A stretch of 64,000 nucleotides of DNA from Macrostomum hystrix (GCA_950097015.1 CATNEN010000007.1:2108001-2172000), one strand, 5' to 3'. Counted from the stretch's first letter, positions 11,975 through 24,094 are shown. The notes: generated by a model from the sequence alone, not told the origin. Numbers and translations are program-made.

Positions 11975-12735
11975 ACTTCTTAACCATGCGTTCTTTTTGC
12001 ATGTGATCTTTGGCTGATGAGTGGCAGAGCGGTTAACACTTCTTAACCATGCGTTCTTTTTGCATGTGATCTTTGGCTGATGAGTGGCAGAGCGGTTAAC
12101 ACTTCTTAACCATGCGTTATTTTTGCATGTGATCTTTGGCTGATGAGTGGCAGAGCGGATAACACTTCTTAACCATGCGTTCTTTTTGCATGTGATCTTT
12201 GGCTGATGAGTGGCAGAGCGGATAACACTTCTTAACCATGCGTTCTTTTTGCATGTGATCTTTGGCTGATGAGTGGCAGAGCGGATAACACTTCTTAACC
12301 ATGCGTTCTTTTTGCATGTGATCTTTGGCTGATGAGTGGCAGAGCGGATAACACTTCTTAACCATGCGTTCTTTTTGCATGTGATCTTTGGCTGATGAGT
12401 GGCAGAGCGGATAACACTTCTTAACCATGCGTTCTTTTTGCATGTGATCTTTGGCTGATGAGTGGCAGAGCGGTTAACACTTCTTAACCATGCGTTCTTT
12501 TTGCATGTGATCTTTGGCTGATGAGTGGCAGAGCGGTTAACACTTCTTAACCATGCGTTCTTTTTGCATGTTATCTTTGGCTGATGAGTGGCAGAGCGGA
12601 TAACACTTCTTAACCATGCGTTCTTTTTGCATGTGATCTTTGGCTGATGAGTGGCAGAGCGGTTAACACTTCTTAACCATGCGTTCTTTTTGCATGTGAT
12701 CTTTGGCTGATGAGTGGCAGAGCGGATAACACTTT
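11975..12735. repeat. 63-bp minisatellite containing a SINE A-box
   Basis: About 12 units of ACACTTCTTAACCATGCGTTCTTTTTGCATGTGATCTTTGGCTGATGAGTGGCAGAGCGG(T/A)TA. Confidence 0.95.
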
Positions 12736-12950
12736 TTTCACGCCCTTGAGGGTCAACCATCAAGGCACACTGCCTGACAATGAGAAAGTCAGAGCATATG
12801 TACACACCTGTGTGAGCGAATGCCTGCGTTTGCATGTGCGCTCAGGAGTCAGCGAAATGGACAGAATTAATTGCCTCCTCGCTGGCTGCGGGTGCCGTGT
12901 CACCAAATGTGTCATTGCCCACAGCCCCTGTATTAATTATAAATTACTTG
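12712..12950 (+). mobile_element. tRNA-derived SINE family A, internally deleted copy
   Basis: GTGGCAGAGCGG head, then CACGCCCTTGAGGG...CTGCCTGACAATGAGAAAGTCAG...GGAGTCAGCGAAATGG...GTCACCAAATG matching the other copies. The B-box region is missing. Confidence 0.8.
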
Positions 12951-13417
12951 TATAAATTCGTATGTAATATTTAAAGCAGGATTTGGTTAGCCTATTAGTT
13001 TTTTAAGTTTAGTTAAGTTTTAAATAAAAAATATTGAGATATTCTACAAAGCTCTCTCACCGATCTAAGCTCTCTGACAGTCTAAAGAGTAACATTAGTG
13101 CCTTTTCAGTGCGACCAGTGGCAGTTGGACTCAGTAATTCACTGAGTGCCTAACTCTCCTGCCTGGCTGATCGATTGATCGAGTCACATTTTGTGGGGGC
13201 TGTATGAACACGAGTACACAAATATGGACTCAGTGGACAGGAGTGACCGGTATAGACAGAAAAATGCTCATGTAACGACGTCCCCCGAGTGATTTAAGTT
13301 ACCGAACTTTTTAGGCCTTTTGAAAATTGAAAACACTGCAGTAATCTACGAGAGTGCACTCGCTCCATTCTACCATTTTCATTTTTATATTTTTTTTAGT
13401 TTCAGTGCAATGTCATA

Positions 13418-13999
13418 ATGCGTCGACGCAGAGCGAGCAGTCTGAAAAAGAGCCGAGACGCCAAGAGTAGGCGCCGGGAGGAAACGGACGCTCGACGAGA
13501 AGCCCGGCTGGAGAGGTGCCGGCAGCGAGCAGCTGAGCTCAGGGCCAATGAGTCGGCAGCTCGACGTGAAGCCCGGCTGGAGAGGTGCCGGCAGCGAACA
13601 GCTGAGCTCAGGGCCAATGAGTCGGCAGCTCGACGAGAAACCCGGCTGGAGAGGTGCCGGCAGCGAGCAGCTGAGCTCAGGGCCAATGAGTCGGCAGCTC
13701 GACGAGAAACCCGGCTGGAGAGGTGCCGGCAGCGAGCAGCTGAGCTCAGGGCCAATGAGTCGGCAGCTCGACGAGAAACCCGGCTGGAGAGGTGCCGGCA
13801 GCGAACAGCTGAGCTCAGGGCCAATGAGTCGGCAGCTCGACGAGAAACCCGGCTGGAGAGGTGCCGGCAGCGAGCAGCTGAGCTCAGGGCCAATGAGTCG
13901 GCAGCTCGACGAGAAACCCGGCTGGAGAGGTGCCGGCAGCGAGCAGCTGAGCTCAGGGCCAATGATTCGGCAGCTCGACGTGAAGCCCGAGACATTTGA
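13418..13999 (+). CDS. STPR-like 23-aa repeat protein (7 full repeats), possibly a Helitron-derived N-terminal fragment
   Basis: Repeat ESAARRETRLERCRQRAAELRAN (69 bp) is in register with the STPR pattern (E1, R9-L10, AA17-18, AN22-23). The ATG follows a polypyrimidine/AG acceptor. Confidence 0.6.
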   Translation: MRRRRASSLKKSRDAKSRRREETDARREARLERCRQRAAELRANESAARREARLERCRQRTAELRANESAARRETRLERCRQRAAELRANESAARRETRLERCRQRAAELRANESAARRETRLERCRQRTAELRANESAARRETRLERCRQRAAELRANESAARRETRLERCRQRAAELRANDSAARREARDI

Positions 14000-14528
14000 G
14001 TCGCCAGCTCAATGAGGCTGTGGTATTTACTTAGCATTTTTAATGCAAATAGCATTGCATATTTTAAGCAATGTTGTGAACTACGGTAATTAAATAAAGC
14101 TAAAATAATTTGAAATCTTAAATCACTTTTATTAAAATTTGATAATAAATATTTATCACCATTCTCTAATTGTTCTGACTGATTAAAAAATTCGAATGTC
14201 AAGTTACAGTAATAATAAACCGAAAAATTGTACGTTACAATTTTGACAACTTCCATAAAATATTCACGAAATACTCATATTTAATGTTTCCATAAAATGT
14301 ATTAATTATCGAAGTCTTAGAGTATATGGTATCGATTTGGAAGAAACCGCAGTCGTATTTTCGTTCTTAAAACTGAATATATACAAAGAAAAGTTAAAAA
14401 ATAATTTTCCCACTGCTAAGTGATATGAAAAATAGTTATTACAATTCGCCCAAATGTTTCGCAGATGAAAGTGCTACCCTTGCTTCACAATGCGCATCGT
14501 TGTGGAGACATTCCCAGCCGCCACGATT

Positions 14529-15887
14529 CTACAGCAGTGTGCAAGTAGTAGAGCTTCTGAAAGTTTAGTTCAATTGTGTTTTAAATTCTTTAAGTTTTAA
14601 TAAATACCTGCAAACAAAGGCAAATAAAATATCTCTATCTGTTTGACTGCATGTATTTCTTATGCATTTCTCGTACAGTACATGAAATCCCAGAGTCGTG
14701 AATAAAGAACAGTAACCTTTGCACGACATCGAAAATGATCGATGCAGCTCACTAGCTTGTATAATAACGAACGTAACAAATGATAACAAATTGAACGTCG
14801 CCAGTAGTGCACAAACGTTTTTTTCGACATTGAATTTGGTGGTCAATACGCAGGGGAAGATAGAGACTCACTTCTTCGGCGAGTATCTGTAGGAAGCCAT
14901 CTGCTGCTGGTAGCGCCTTCGCTCCTCGGCCTCCCGGATCTCCCGCAGCGGTCCGTAATAGTTCGAGCGGGCCCAAGCTTCCTCATACACCATCACCTTC
15001 AACAGCTGCTGCGTCTCCACCTGGCGTCTGAGGGCCATCATAGCGGCGCCGTCGCCCCTGATGCCCAGTGCGGTGATGGTCTCCTCCAGCGAGGTGAAGG
15101 TCAGGAAGTCATTGTTACTGTCTCCAGCATCGTTGACAGGGATGAACAGAGGTCTGGGTAGAATGGGATTCCGAGTTAATTCAGCAGAGATTTCATAGAA
15201 TCGCTACGTTACGGTACGATACAGACACTAGCACATGAGAGGTCAGTGGCAGAGCGGTCTAACGTGTTTACCTCTAGCACCAAGGTCCCTGAGCTCGATT
15301 CCGCGGCGAGGCCACACTCATTTAGGGCGTAGCCGCGGAGAGATTGGGGGCTTGTCGTGAAATCCACGCCCTTGAGGCAGTGTACACTTCACTGTACCTC
15401 AAAGGCACAGTGAAGTGTACACTGCCTCACGATGAGAAAGTCAGGGCAGATGTACATACTTTGCGTGAGCATGTGCCTGGGAACATTATCTGCGTGCATG
15501 TGTGCTCAGCAGTCAGTTAAATGGGCAGAGTTTCCTTCTCGCTGGCTGTGGTTCTAGTGTCACCAAATGATGTTCCATTTCCCGCAGCCCTTCTGCAAAA
15601 AAGACACTAGCACATGCGAATGGAGTCTCAGCCAACCGGCAGTTTGCTCACATTTTGCTGGGCGGATATTCCTTGGCGATCTCAATCACCAGCTGGCGAT
15701 TCTGATTGCTCAGGTTGTAGTAGTTGGAGTAGTTGGTCAGGTGAGCCGGAATGCAGTCGCCCAGTACGTCGGTCATGCATTTCAGGTAGTACATGAGCCT
15801 GGCAACGCTGTCGTTTGGCACGGTGCAGCGTCGTCCAGTTATTTCAACCTGCAACTGACGCTGCTGCATGTGTGCCAGAGCTGCCAT
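14529..15887 (-). CDS. Small CaaX-terminated protein family, copy 2 (intact, 181 aa)
   Basis: Exons 15887-15652, 15153-14872 and 14556-14529, with phase-2 GT-AG introns. Ends YRYSPKKSSTTCTLL*. Confidence 0.85.
15238..15601 (+). mobile_element. SINE family A, full length, in intron 1 of family copy 2
   Basis: A-box GTGGCAGAGCGG, B-box-like GCTCGATTCC, A tail, and 15-bp TSD AGACACTAGCACATG (15223-15237 / 15602-15616). Confidence 0.9.
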
Positions 15888-16316
15888 GCTTGGATTGTGT
15901 GCCGACTTTGCCTTGCTATGGCTTGGATACAACCGGAGTGTATTTGAGCTTAGGTCACTTGACAGACAGAGGAAATTCCAACTGTTATTTATGCTGAAAC
16001 TGACTGCTCATGAGCAATGACTCGAGAATCGCCGCCTGTTGGTTGCATCTCAGTCAAATTTGTTTTAATTGGCTCCTTGCGCTATAGTCATTACCTGTAG
16101 ATTCACGGAGATAGGGTAGAGAAAAATTTAACTTGTGCATTCTCATTGCAATAAACGGAGTGAAGAGCTGTTCGTGCAATCAACAAAAAGCTCCACATTT
16201 CAAGCGAAAAAGCTTGCGCACGAAGCTACGAGTATATATTTTTATGTGAAAGCGAAATTTATATTACATTACTTCGTTAATTTCAGCGCCGACACATCCA
16301 TACCCATTCAACATAT

Positions 16317-18381
16317 CTCCAATTAGACCCATCCCCAATTAGACCCATCCCCAATTAGACCCATCCCCAATTAGACCCATCCCCAATTAGACCCATCCTC
16401 AAATAGACCCATCCCCAATTAGACCCATCCCCAATTAGACCCATCCCCAATTAGACCCATCCCCAATTAGACCCATCCCCAATTAGACCCATCCTCAAAT
16501 AGACCCATCCCCAATTAGACCCATCCCCAATTAGACCCATCCCCAATTAGACCCATCCCCAATTAGACCCATCCCCAATTAGACCCATCCCCAATTAGAC
16601 CCATCCCCAATTAGACCCATCCCCAATTAGACCCATCCTCAATTAGACCCATCACCAATTAGACCCATACCCAATTAGATCCATCCCCGATTAGATCCAT
16701 CACAATTAGACCCATCCCCAATTAGACCCATCAACAAATAGACCCATCCCCGATTAGATCCATCACAATTAGACCCATCCTCAAATAGACCCATCCCCAA
16801 TTAGACCCATCACCAATTAGACCCATACCCAATTAGATCCATCCCCGATTAGATCCATCACAATTAGACCCATCCCCATTTGACCCATCCCCAATTAGAT
16901 CCATCCCAATTAGACCTATCCCAATTAGACCCATCCCAAGTAGACCCATACCCAATTAGACCCAATTCCAATTAGACCCATCCCCATTAGACCCATCCTC
17001 AAATAGACCCATCCTTAATTAGACCCATCCCAAATAGATCCATCCCCAATTAGACCCATCCTCAAATAGACCCATCCCCATTTGACCCATCCCCAATTAG
17101 ATCCATCCCCAATTAGACCCATCCCCAATTAGATCCATCCCCAATTAGATCCATCCCCAATTAGACCCATCCGCAATTAGATCCATCCCAATTAGACCTA
17201 TCCCAATTAGACCCATCCCCAGTTAGACCCATCCCCAATTAGACCCATCCCCAGTTAGACCCATCCTCAAATAGACCCATCCCCAATTAGATCCATCCCC
17301 AATTAGACCCATCCGCAATTAGATCCATCCCAATTAGACCTATCCCAATTAGACCCATCCCCAGTTAGACCCATCCCCAATTAGACCCATCCCCAGTTAG
17401 ACCCATCCTCAAATTGACCCATCCCCAATTAGACCCATCCCCAATTAGACCCATCCCCAGTTAGACCCATCCCCAGTTAGACCCATCCCCAGTTAGACCC
17501 ATCCCCAGTTAGACCCATCCCCAAATAGACCCATCCCAAATAGATCCATCCCCAATTAGACCCATCCTCAAATAGACCCATCCCCAATTAGACTCATCCC
17601 CAATTAGATCCATCCCCAATTAGACCCATCCGCAATTAGATCCATCCCAATTAGACCTATCCCAATTAGACCCATCCCCAGTTAGACCCATCCCCAATTA
17701 GACCCATCCCCAGTTAGACCCATCCTCAAATAGACCCATCCCCAATTAGACCCATCCCCAATTAGACCCATCCCCAGTTAGACCCATCCCCAGTTAGACC
17801 CATCCCCAGTTAGACCCATCCCCAGTTAGACCCATCCCCAAATAGACCCATCCCAAATAGATCCATCCCCAATTAGATCCATCCCAATTAGACCTATCCC
17901 AATTAGACCCATCCCAAGTAGACCCATACCCAATTAGACCCTATTCCAATTAAACCCGTCCCCATTAGACCCATCCTCAAATAGACCCATCCCCAATTAG
18001 ACTCATCCTCAAATAGACCCATCCCCAATTAGACTCATCCTCAAATAGACCCATCCCCAGTTAGACCCATCCTCAAATAGACCCATCCCCAGTTAGACCC
18101 ATCCTCAAATAGACCCATCCCCAGTTAGACCCATCCTCAAATAGACCCATCCCCAGTTAGACCCATCCTCAAATAGACCCATCCCCAATTAGACCCATCC
18201 CCAGTTAGACTCATCCTCAAATAGACCCATCCCCAGTTAGACCCATCCTCAAATAGACCCATCCCCAATTAGACCCATCCCCAGTTAGACCCATCCTCAA
18301 ATAGACCCATCCCCAATTAGACCCATCCCCAGTTAGATTCATCCCCAATTAGACTCATCCCCAATTAGACCCATCCCCATA
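16317..18381. repeat. 16-bp satellite (AGACCCATCCCCAATT)
   Basis: Over 2 kb tandem array with variant units (CCTCAAAT, CCCCAGTT, 15-bp deletion forms). Confidence 0.97.
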
Positions 18382-18970
18382 CTTACTTACTTTGCAGGGG
18401 GGCCTGGGGCACTTGACGCACAAACACAGGAACGGCATGCCCCCAGGCCGGCGAACTAGGCGAGAGCCGCCCATCGCGCCGCCTCCCCTGAGCAGGCACC
18501 TCACACACACAGCAGCAAGCCAAGCGGGGAAGGGGGCGGCAGCCGGAGTGCCTCTCACCCCAGGCCCGCACACGCACAGAGCAGACCAAGCCGGGGCGGA
18601 AGGCTTATAGAAATCAGTCCTCAGGGGGGGCGGGTGACGAGTGTACACTTTATCCAATCGCGCTGACGGAAATCCAGATGAGCGCGCGGCGGTGTACACC
18701 CGCCCCCCAGCCACCCCCGCAAGGTCTAACGCCCCAGCGCCAACGCACATAACTCATACAACGCAGAACAGGCACACAGAAAGGTAGGAGCGAAGCTATT
18801 TTTCAAGCTTTGATTGCACGAAATATGGTGCACCTCCGCCGGTCGCTACTGTCCAAACCCCCCCAGCAAGTACCGAAATTAATCGTGACCTGAAGGGTGA
18901 ATCGAACTAGCGTCCTTTGGAGTGCGAGGCAGCGACGTTAGCCAATAGCCGCTGACCCCCTCGCCCCGAC
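18382..18970 (-). mobile_element. tRNA-derived SINE family B (~590 bp) with (AAGT)n tail
   Basis: Minus-strand head GGGGGTCAGCGGCTATTGGCTAACG...GTTCGATTC, tail AAGTAAGTAAGT, and 12-bp TSD CCCATCCCCATA (18370-18381 / 18971-18982). Confidence 0.75.
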
Positions 18971-19524
18971 CCATCCCCATAATATTTTAATAAACTTTTT
19001 AGTGCACTTTGTGGTTACCGGTTCAATAGGTTTAATAGTAATAGAAGGTTGTTCACACGTCAATTGACAATTTTCTCAGAGCGGCTACTCAGTCCTGAAG
19101 CCAAATGTTTCTATTTTTAGCTCTTGCAGCATAGTTCCATATTCGGCTGCCTACATGGCGTTTTAATCTACAAGAATTCATGAAACTCGAGTCTGTTTAA
19201 AAAACTAACACTTTTTTTTAGATTTGAGTGGCAATTGAAACAACGCCGAACTTATACATGTCAAGCATGTGTATACCATATAATCAATAACGTCATAAAA
19301 TATCATCCAGTGTGGACCAGTAGAAAGCTAGACTAGTAGTATGTAGCGAATGTGGGCTATGGGCTGCTAAAGTGTTCCAAGTGTTCCAGTGGTTCTCCTG
19401 TTGCTGTTTATTGCCGCTGCTTGTCACTAAATTGTTCTTCCTCGATATTTTTAGTGTAAAAAATCATTACTTAATCGTCTGAGGATTACTATACGCTGTA
19501 TAATCTCCCTGAGGTGTATAAGAA

Positions 19525-19608
19525 AATAATAATTGCAGGAGGGCTGCGGCCTATGGCACATCATTCGGTGACACTAGACCCGCAGCCAGCGAGGAGGCAA
19601 TTCTGTGC
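19525..19608 (-). mobile_element. SINE family A 3' fragment
   Basis: Reverse complement of the SINE-A tail (GAATTGCCTCCTCGCTGGCTGCGGGTCTAGTGTCACC...CCTCCTGCAATTATT). Confidence 0.8.
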
Positions 19609-20562
19609 TCTCCCATGCCTCATCTCTCCCGTGTCCAATCTCTCCCGTGTCTCATCTCTCCCGTGTCTCATCTCTCCCGTGTCTCATCTCTCCCGTGTCT
19701 AATCTCTCCCGTGCCTCATCTCTCCCGTGTCCAATCTCTCCCGTGTCTCATCTCTCCCGTGTCTAATCTCTCCCGTGCCTCATCTCTCCCGTGTCCAATC
19801 TCTCCCGTGTCTCATCTCTCCCGTGTCTCATCTCTCCCGTGTCTCATCTCTCCCGTGTCTCATCTCTCCCGTGTCTCATCTCTCCCGTGTCTCATCTTTC
19901 CCGTGTCTAATCTCTCCCGTGCCTCATCTCTCCCGTGTCCAATCTCTCCCGTGTCTCATCTCTCCCGTGTCTCATCTCTCCCGTGTCTCATCTCTCCCGT
20001 GTCCAATCTCTCCCGTGTCTCATCTCTCCCGTGTCTCATCTCTCCCGTGTCTCATCTCTCCCGTGTCTCATCTCTCCCGTGTCTCATCTCTCCCGTGTCT
20101 CATCTTTCCCGTGTCTCATCTCTCCCGTGTCTCATCTCTCCCGTGTCTCATCTCTCCCGTGTCTAATCTCTCCCGTGTCTAATCTCTCCCGTGTCTCATC
20201 TCTCCAGTGTCTCATCTCTCCCGTGTCTCATCTCTCCCGTGTCTAATCTCTCCCGTGTCTCATCTCTCCCGTGTCTCATCTCTCCCGTGTCTCATCTCTC
20301 CCGTGTCTCATCTCTCCCGTGTCTCATCTCTCCCGTGTCTAATCTCTCCCGTGTCTCATCTCTCCCGTGTCTCATCTCTCCCGTGTCTCATCTCTCCCGT
20401 GTCTCATCTTTCCCGTGTCTCATCTCTCCCGTGTCTCATCTCTCCCGTGTCTCATCTCTCCCGTGTCTCATCTCTCCCGTGTCTCATCTCTCCCGTGTCT
20501 CATCTCTCCCGTGTCTCATCTCTCCCGTGTCTCATCTCTCCCGTGTCTCATCTCTCCTCTAT
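19609..20562. repeat. 16-bp satellite (TCTCATCTCTCCCGTG)
   Basis: About 59 tandem units. Confidence 0.97.
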
Positions 20563-21032
20563 CTCATATTTATACAGTCAATGCGGCCCGCTGTCGTCGT
20601 TTAGGTTCTCTCTTTGGCCCGCCAGCAAATAAGTTTGCCTACCCCTGATCTAAGCAAACAGACTTAGACTGAATTTAATGTGCGCATATGCTTCTAGGTT
20701 TTCGTCCCAGCGATCGCTAGGCATACTGAACTAAATTTAGCACGTCCTTCTTGAGGTAAATTAATTTGATAAAAGTAATGTCCGTTTTAAAATTTATATT
20801 TTCATTATGAAATTAGTTAAAACTAAAAGATCAGATTTAGATGACATTAAAGAAACAAAACTTTTAGATTTCTTCTCGAAACAGGAATTTTTAAATAGAT
20901 TTTTAATTATAAAAAATAGTACACTGTGAAACTATGCTATGGTTGGAACGAATAGACAAAATTTATCCTCAGTAAGCAGACGTGTTGACGTGTTGAAGTG
21001 TGTGCCTTTATACGTCGTTGCCATGAAGGCCA

Positions 21033-21890
21033 TCAGAGTACAGCACACCCGGACCTTCTGAAACGCATTTGGAGCTCGTGAATGAGAAAAATTAATATTG
21101 GTTTGAGCACTCAGGGTGTCAGTGTCAGGAATGCAAAGCTAGTTTTTTAACCGAATTTATGTATTGTAAGCCCCGCGTTAGCCTCGTCAAATTTCGCAAT
21201 TGGATGAGCTCTCTTGCACCAGATTCTACAGGCGTAATACGATTTCAGCGTTGAAAATTTGAGCCTACTCACCTCTGGCCCTGCATCTCGGCCCGAATGG
21301 CCATCAGGGGGTTCAGGTAGTTCCTATTCAGCCACTGCTGCGTGTAAGCCATGACCTCAATCAGCTTCTGCTTGTTGCCCACCTGCCGCTGAAGTGCCAT
21401 CATTTCGGCGCCACCAGATCGAATGCCCAGAGCGGTGACAGTCTGCTCCAGCGAGGAGAACTTGAGGAACATGTTCGAATTGCCATCGGGCAGATTGGAC
21501 ACCGGGATAAACAGAGGTCTGTTCATTGATTAGGTAATTTCACTTGAAAAATCAAAAGAATTCAAACGACTGAGGCTCGAAAATCTTATCTTACATAATT
21601 TACAACCTGACAATTAGTCCTTTGGGTACGTTATACGATGCGACTCACACTTTGTCCGGTGTGAGCTCACATGCCAGGCGAATCACCAGCAGCCTTTCGC
21701 TTCTGTCCAGGCTAGAGTACCTGCTGTAGTTCGTTAGCTTCTCCGGAACGCAGTCATCGAGGAGGCAGGAGATGCAGCGCAAATAGTACATCAGGCGAGC
21801 CATGTTGTCGTCTGGAACGGTTGCACTGACAGAGCTGTCTTCAACATGCAGCTGATTGCTTTGGAATCTAGCCAGCGCAGCCTGACTCAT
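21033..21890 (-). CDS. Small CaaX-terminated protein family, copy 3 (intact, 170 aa)
   Basis: Exons 21890-21649, 21518-21273 and 21057-21033, with phase-2 introns. Ends EMQGQRRSGCAVL*. Confidence 0.85.
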
Positions 21891-23248
21891 TGTGGCAGAC
21901 TTTTCAGGTAGACAGAAGAAGGCAGCAGAGCTCCGTCAAGTTGGAGGCTCTCCCCGGTTGGCTGTAGCAATTCATATATAGCCTAGCTGGTTTTTACATC
22001 TTGGATTCTGAAAGTACACAGGCCTACCAGAATCATGCAAAAGGACTCACTCCTACAAGATATAGCTCGTAGGCCTACTATCAGCAGAGTCTCAAGAGTA
22101 AATTTGAATTGTACATTTGCAATAGAACTCTAAAATGTACGTCTATGTGATATTGGGGGGTGCTGGCCTCAAGAATTTTTAAGGTACCATCAAAGAGCCC
22201 TTAGCTTAGAGTGTGTTAGCTTTTGTCTTAGCAAAGCATTGAAATGCTCATATCATATGACACATTGGCCAGCTTCTGCTACGCAACAATGAAACAAAAG
22301 GCAAAGAAAATAAAGCTAAGCTCTGAGCTATATTTATAAAAATATAGATAGGTATTTCTTCCTATGACACTGCCGCACTTGACGCGTTAATTTGACGGCA
22401 GTCCACCCACAGCCAGTTTTTTTACCGCCTTCTGCTGCTAGCCTCAAAAACACAAACGGAAAACACACGTACACCCCCGTACAGACATCGTTGTACACAA
22501 TGGGACTCATACTAAACTCAAATAGACTTATGTTTTTGCTGAAGTTCCGTTTCTCAGACCAAGGTGCGTATACTCACTGCATTGGCTTGGCTGTCTTTTA
22601 GTTGTTTGATTTAAGCTTTAAGCCTTTTTAAACTCAACATGAATTCAGAGGATTCTATGCACCTTCTGAAAGCTCTGAGTCTGTGAATATTTTATACAAG
22701 GATTTACGCAGATAAATCTACCTTAAATCCGAGATTTCGCCAACCATGCCATACGTCTCAATGTATATGGATTTCGTGTTTTTTCATGAAGCATGAAGCA
22801 TGATTTTTTAAGCATGAAGCTGAAAGACAGACGAGCGCATACTCATACAGCGCTCAGAAATGCTTAGAATTCTCTCACACGCAGTTATAAACATCAGGAG
22901 ATAAGTAAACGTGTATGTACTTTTATACAGCTGTTTATTACAAAAAAGTGCAGTAAATTATCAATTAGCCAACCGGACTGGTAGTTGGAAAATTCTTTCT
23001 TGTCGAATAAAAGCGAAAGTTTTAGCAGTTCAAACCAGCTGGATCATACAGCATGTTGAACTAACAGCCCGGATGCTAGCAGAATGAGCCTCACTTGCAA
23101 GTTCGATTGAAAGTTACCAAGACGATAAGGACTTTTACGATTAACAAAACGCTACAGTTCGGTGCTTCGCTTGTCATCGAACAGCCAGTTAAATACATGC
23201 TCCTTGAAATGAATCACAGAAACACAAAGTGTTGTGGCAGGAAGATCG

Positions 23249-24094
23249 ATGGATCAGGCCACACTGGCCAGGTTTCACAATCATCAATTACACGTTGAAG
23301 CATCAGGTACCAGTGCCGCTGTGCCAGATGACAATGTGGCCCGCCTGATGTACTATTTGCACTGCATCTCCTGTTTGCTGGATGGCTGTGTTCCTACAAA
23401 TCTCACAAACTACAGCGGCTGCTTGTGATTCGCCTGGCCTGTGAGCTCCGGCCAGACAAAGTGTGATTCACGTTGAGTACAGACATTGGTCTATCAGAGT
23501 ACAGACATTGGTCTATCAGAGTACAGACATTGGTTTATCAGAGTACAGACATTAGTCTATCAGAGTACAGACATTGGTCTATCAGAGTACAAAAGTTGGC
23601 CTATCAGAGTACAGACATCAGAGTCTATCAGAGTACAAAAGTTGGCCTATCAGAGTACAGACATTGGTCTATCAGAGTCGATACAAAAACAGGCACGTCA
23701 CATTCACAAAAAAGCTGGCCGTTGTTCATCCCAGTGTCCAACCTTCCTGGTGGCAGCTCCACCGAGTTCTTCAAGTTCTCCTCTCTGAAGCAGACTGTGG
23801 GCTTTGGGAATTCGATCTGGTGGCGCCGAAATGATGACACTTCAGCAGCAGGTGGGCAACAAGCAGAAGCTGATTGAGGTCATGGCTTACACGCAGCAGT
23901 ATAGGCTGAATAGGAACTACCTGAACCCCTGATGGCCATTCGGGCCGAGATGCAGTCCCAGCGACGGTGAGTTTCTCTCAAAGCTTCTCTCACTTTAGTC
24001 GTCTATTGTATTTTTTATAATTAGCTCGTATTATTGAATGAATTCATGAGGTTTTCAACGGCCATGTATCCTCAGTTGCTGCACTCTGCTGTAA
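23249..24094 (+). pseudogene. Small CaaX-terminated protein family, copy 4 (inverted duplicate of copy 3, disrupted)
   Basis: 28-nt deletion in exon 1 (~23420), exon-2 acceptor reads CTG instead of CAG, and a 2-nt deletion at ~23800. Terminal exon 24076-24094 still encodes RCCTLL*. Confidence 0.8.
23474..23680. repeat. 22-bp minisatellite (CAGAGTACAGACATTGGTCTAT) in intron 1 of copy 4
   Basis: About 9 imperfect tandem units. Confidence 0.9.

Noticed and set aside
11957-12835. 292-aa repeat ORF, and CTGATGA as a possible hammerhead core in the 63-bp unit
   Set aside because: The ORF is an artefact of a 63-bp unit. The unit has no GAAA or stem II, so it is not a ribozyme.
18895-18960. tRNA-like segments (also 59640-59700 and the SINE-A heads) as tRNA genes
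   Set aside because: No complete cloverleaf or acceptor stem; they continue into SINE bodies with tails and, in most cases, TSDs.
1035-20562. Tandem arrays as CRISPR arrays
   Set aside because: No unique spacers, no cas genes, and a eukaryotic context.
19615-20648. SHLSRVSSLPCLISPV repeat ORFs
   Set aside because: Translation of the 16-bp satellite.
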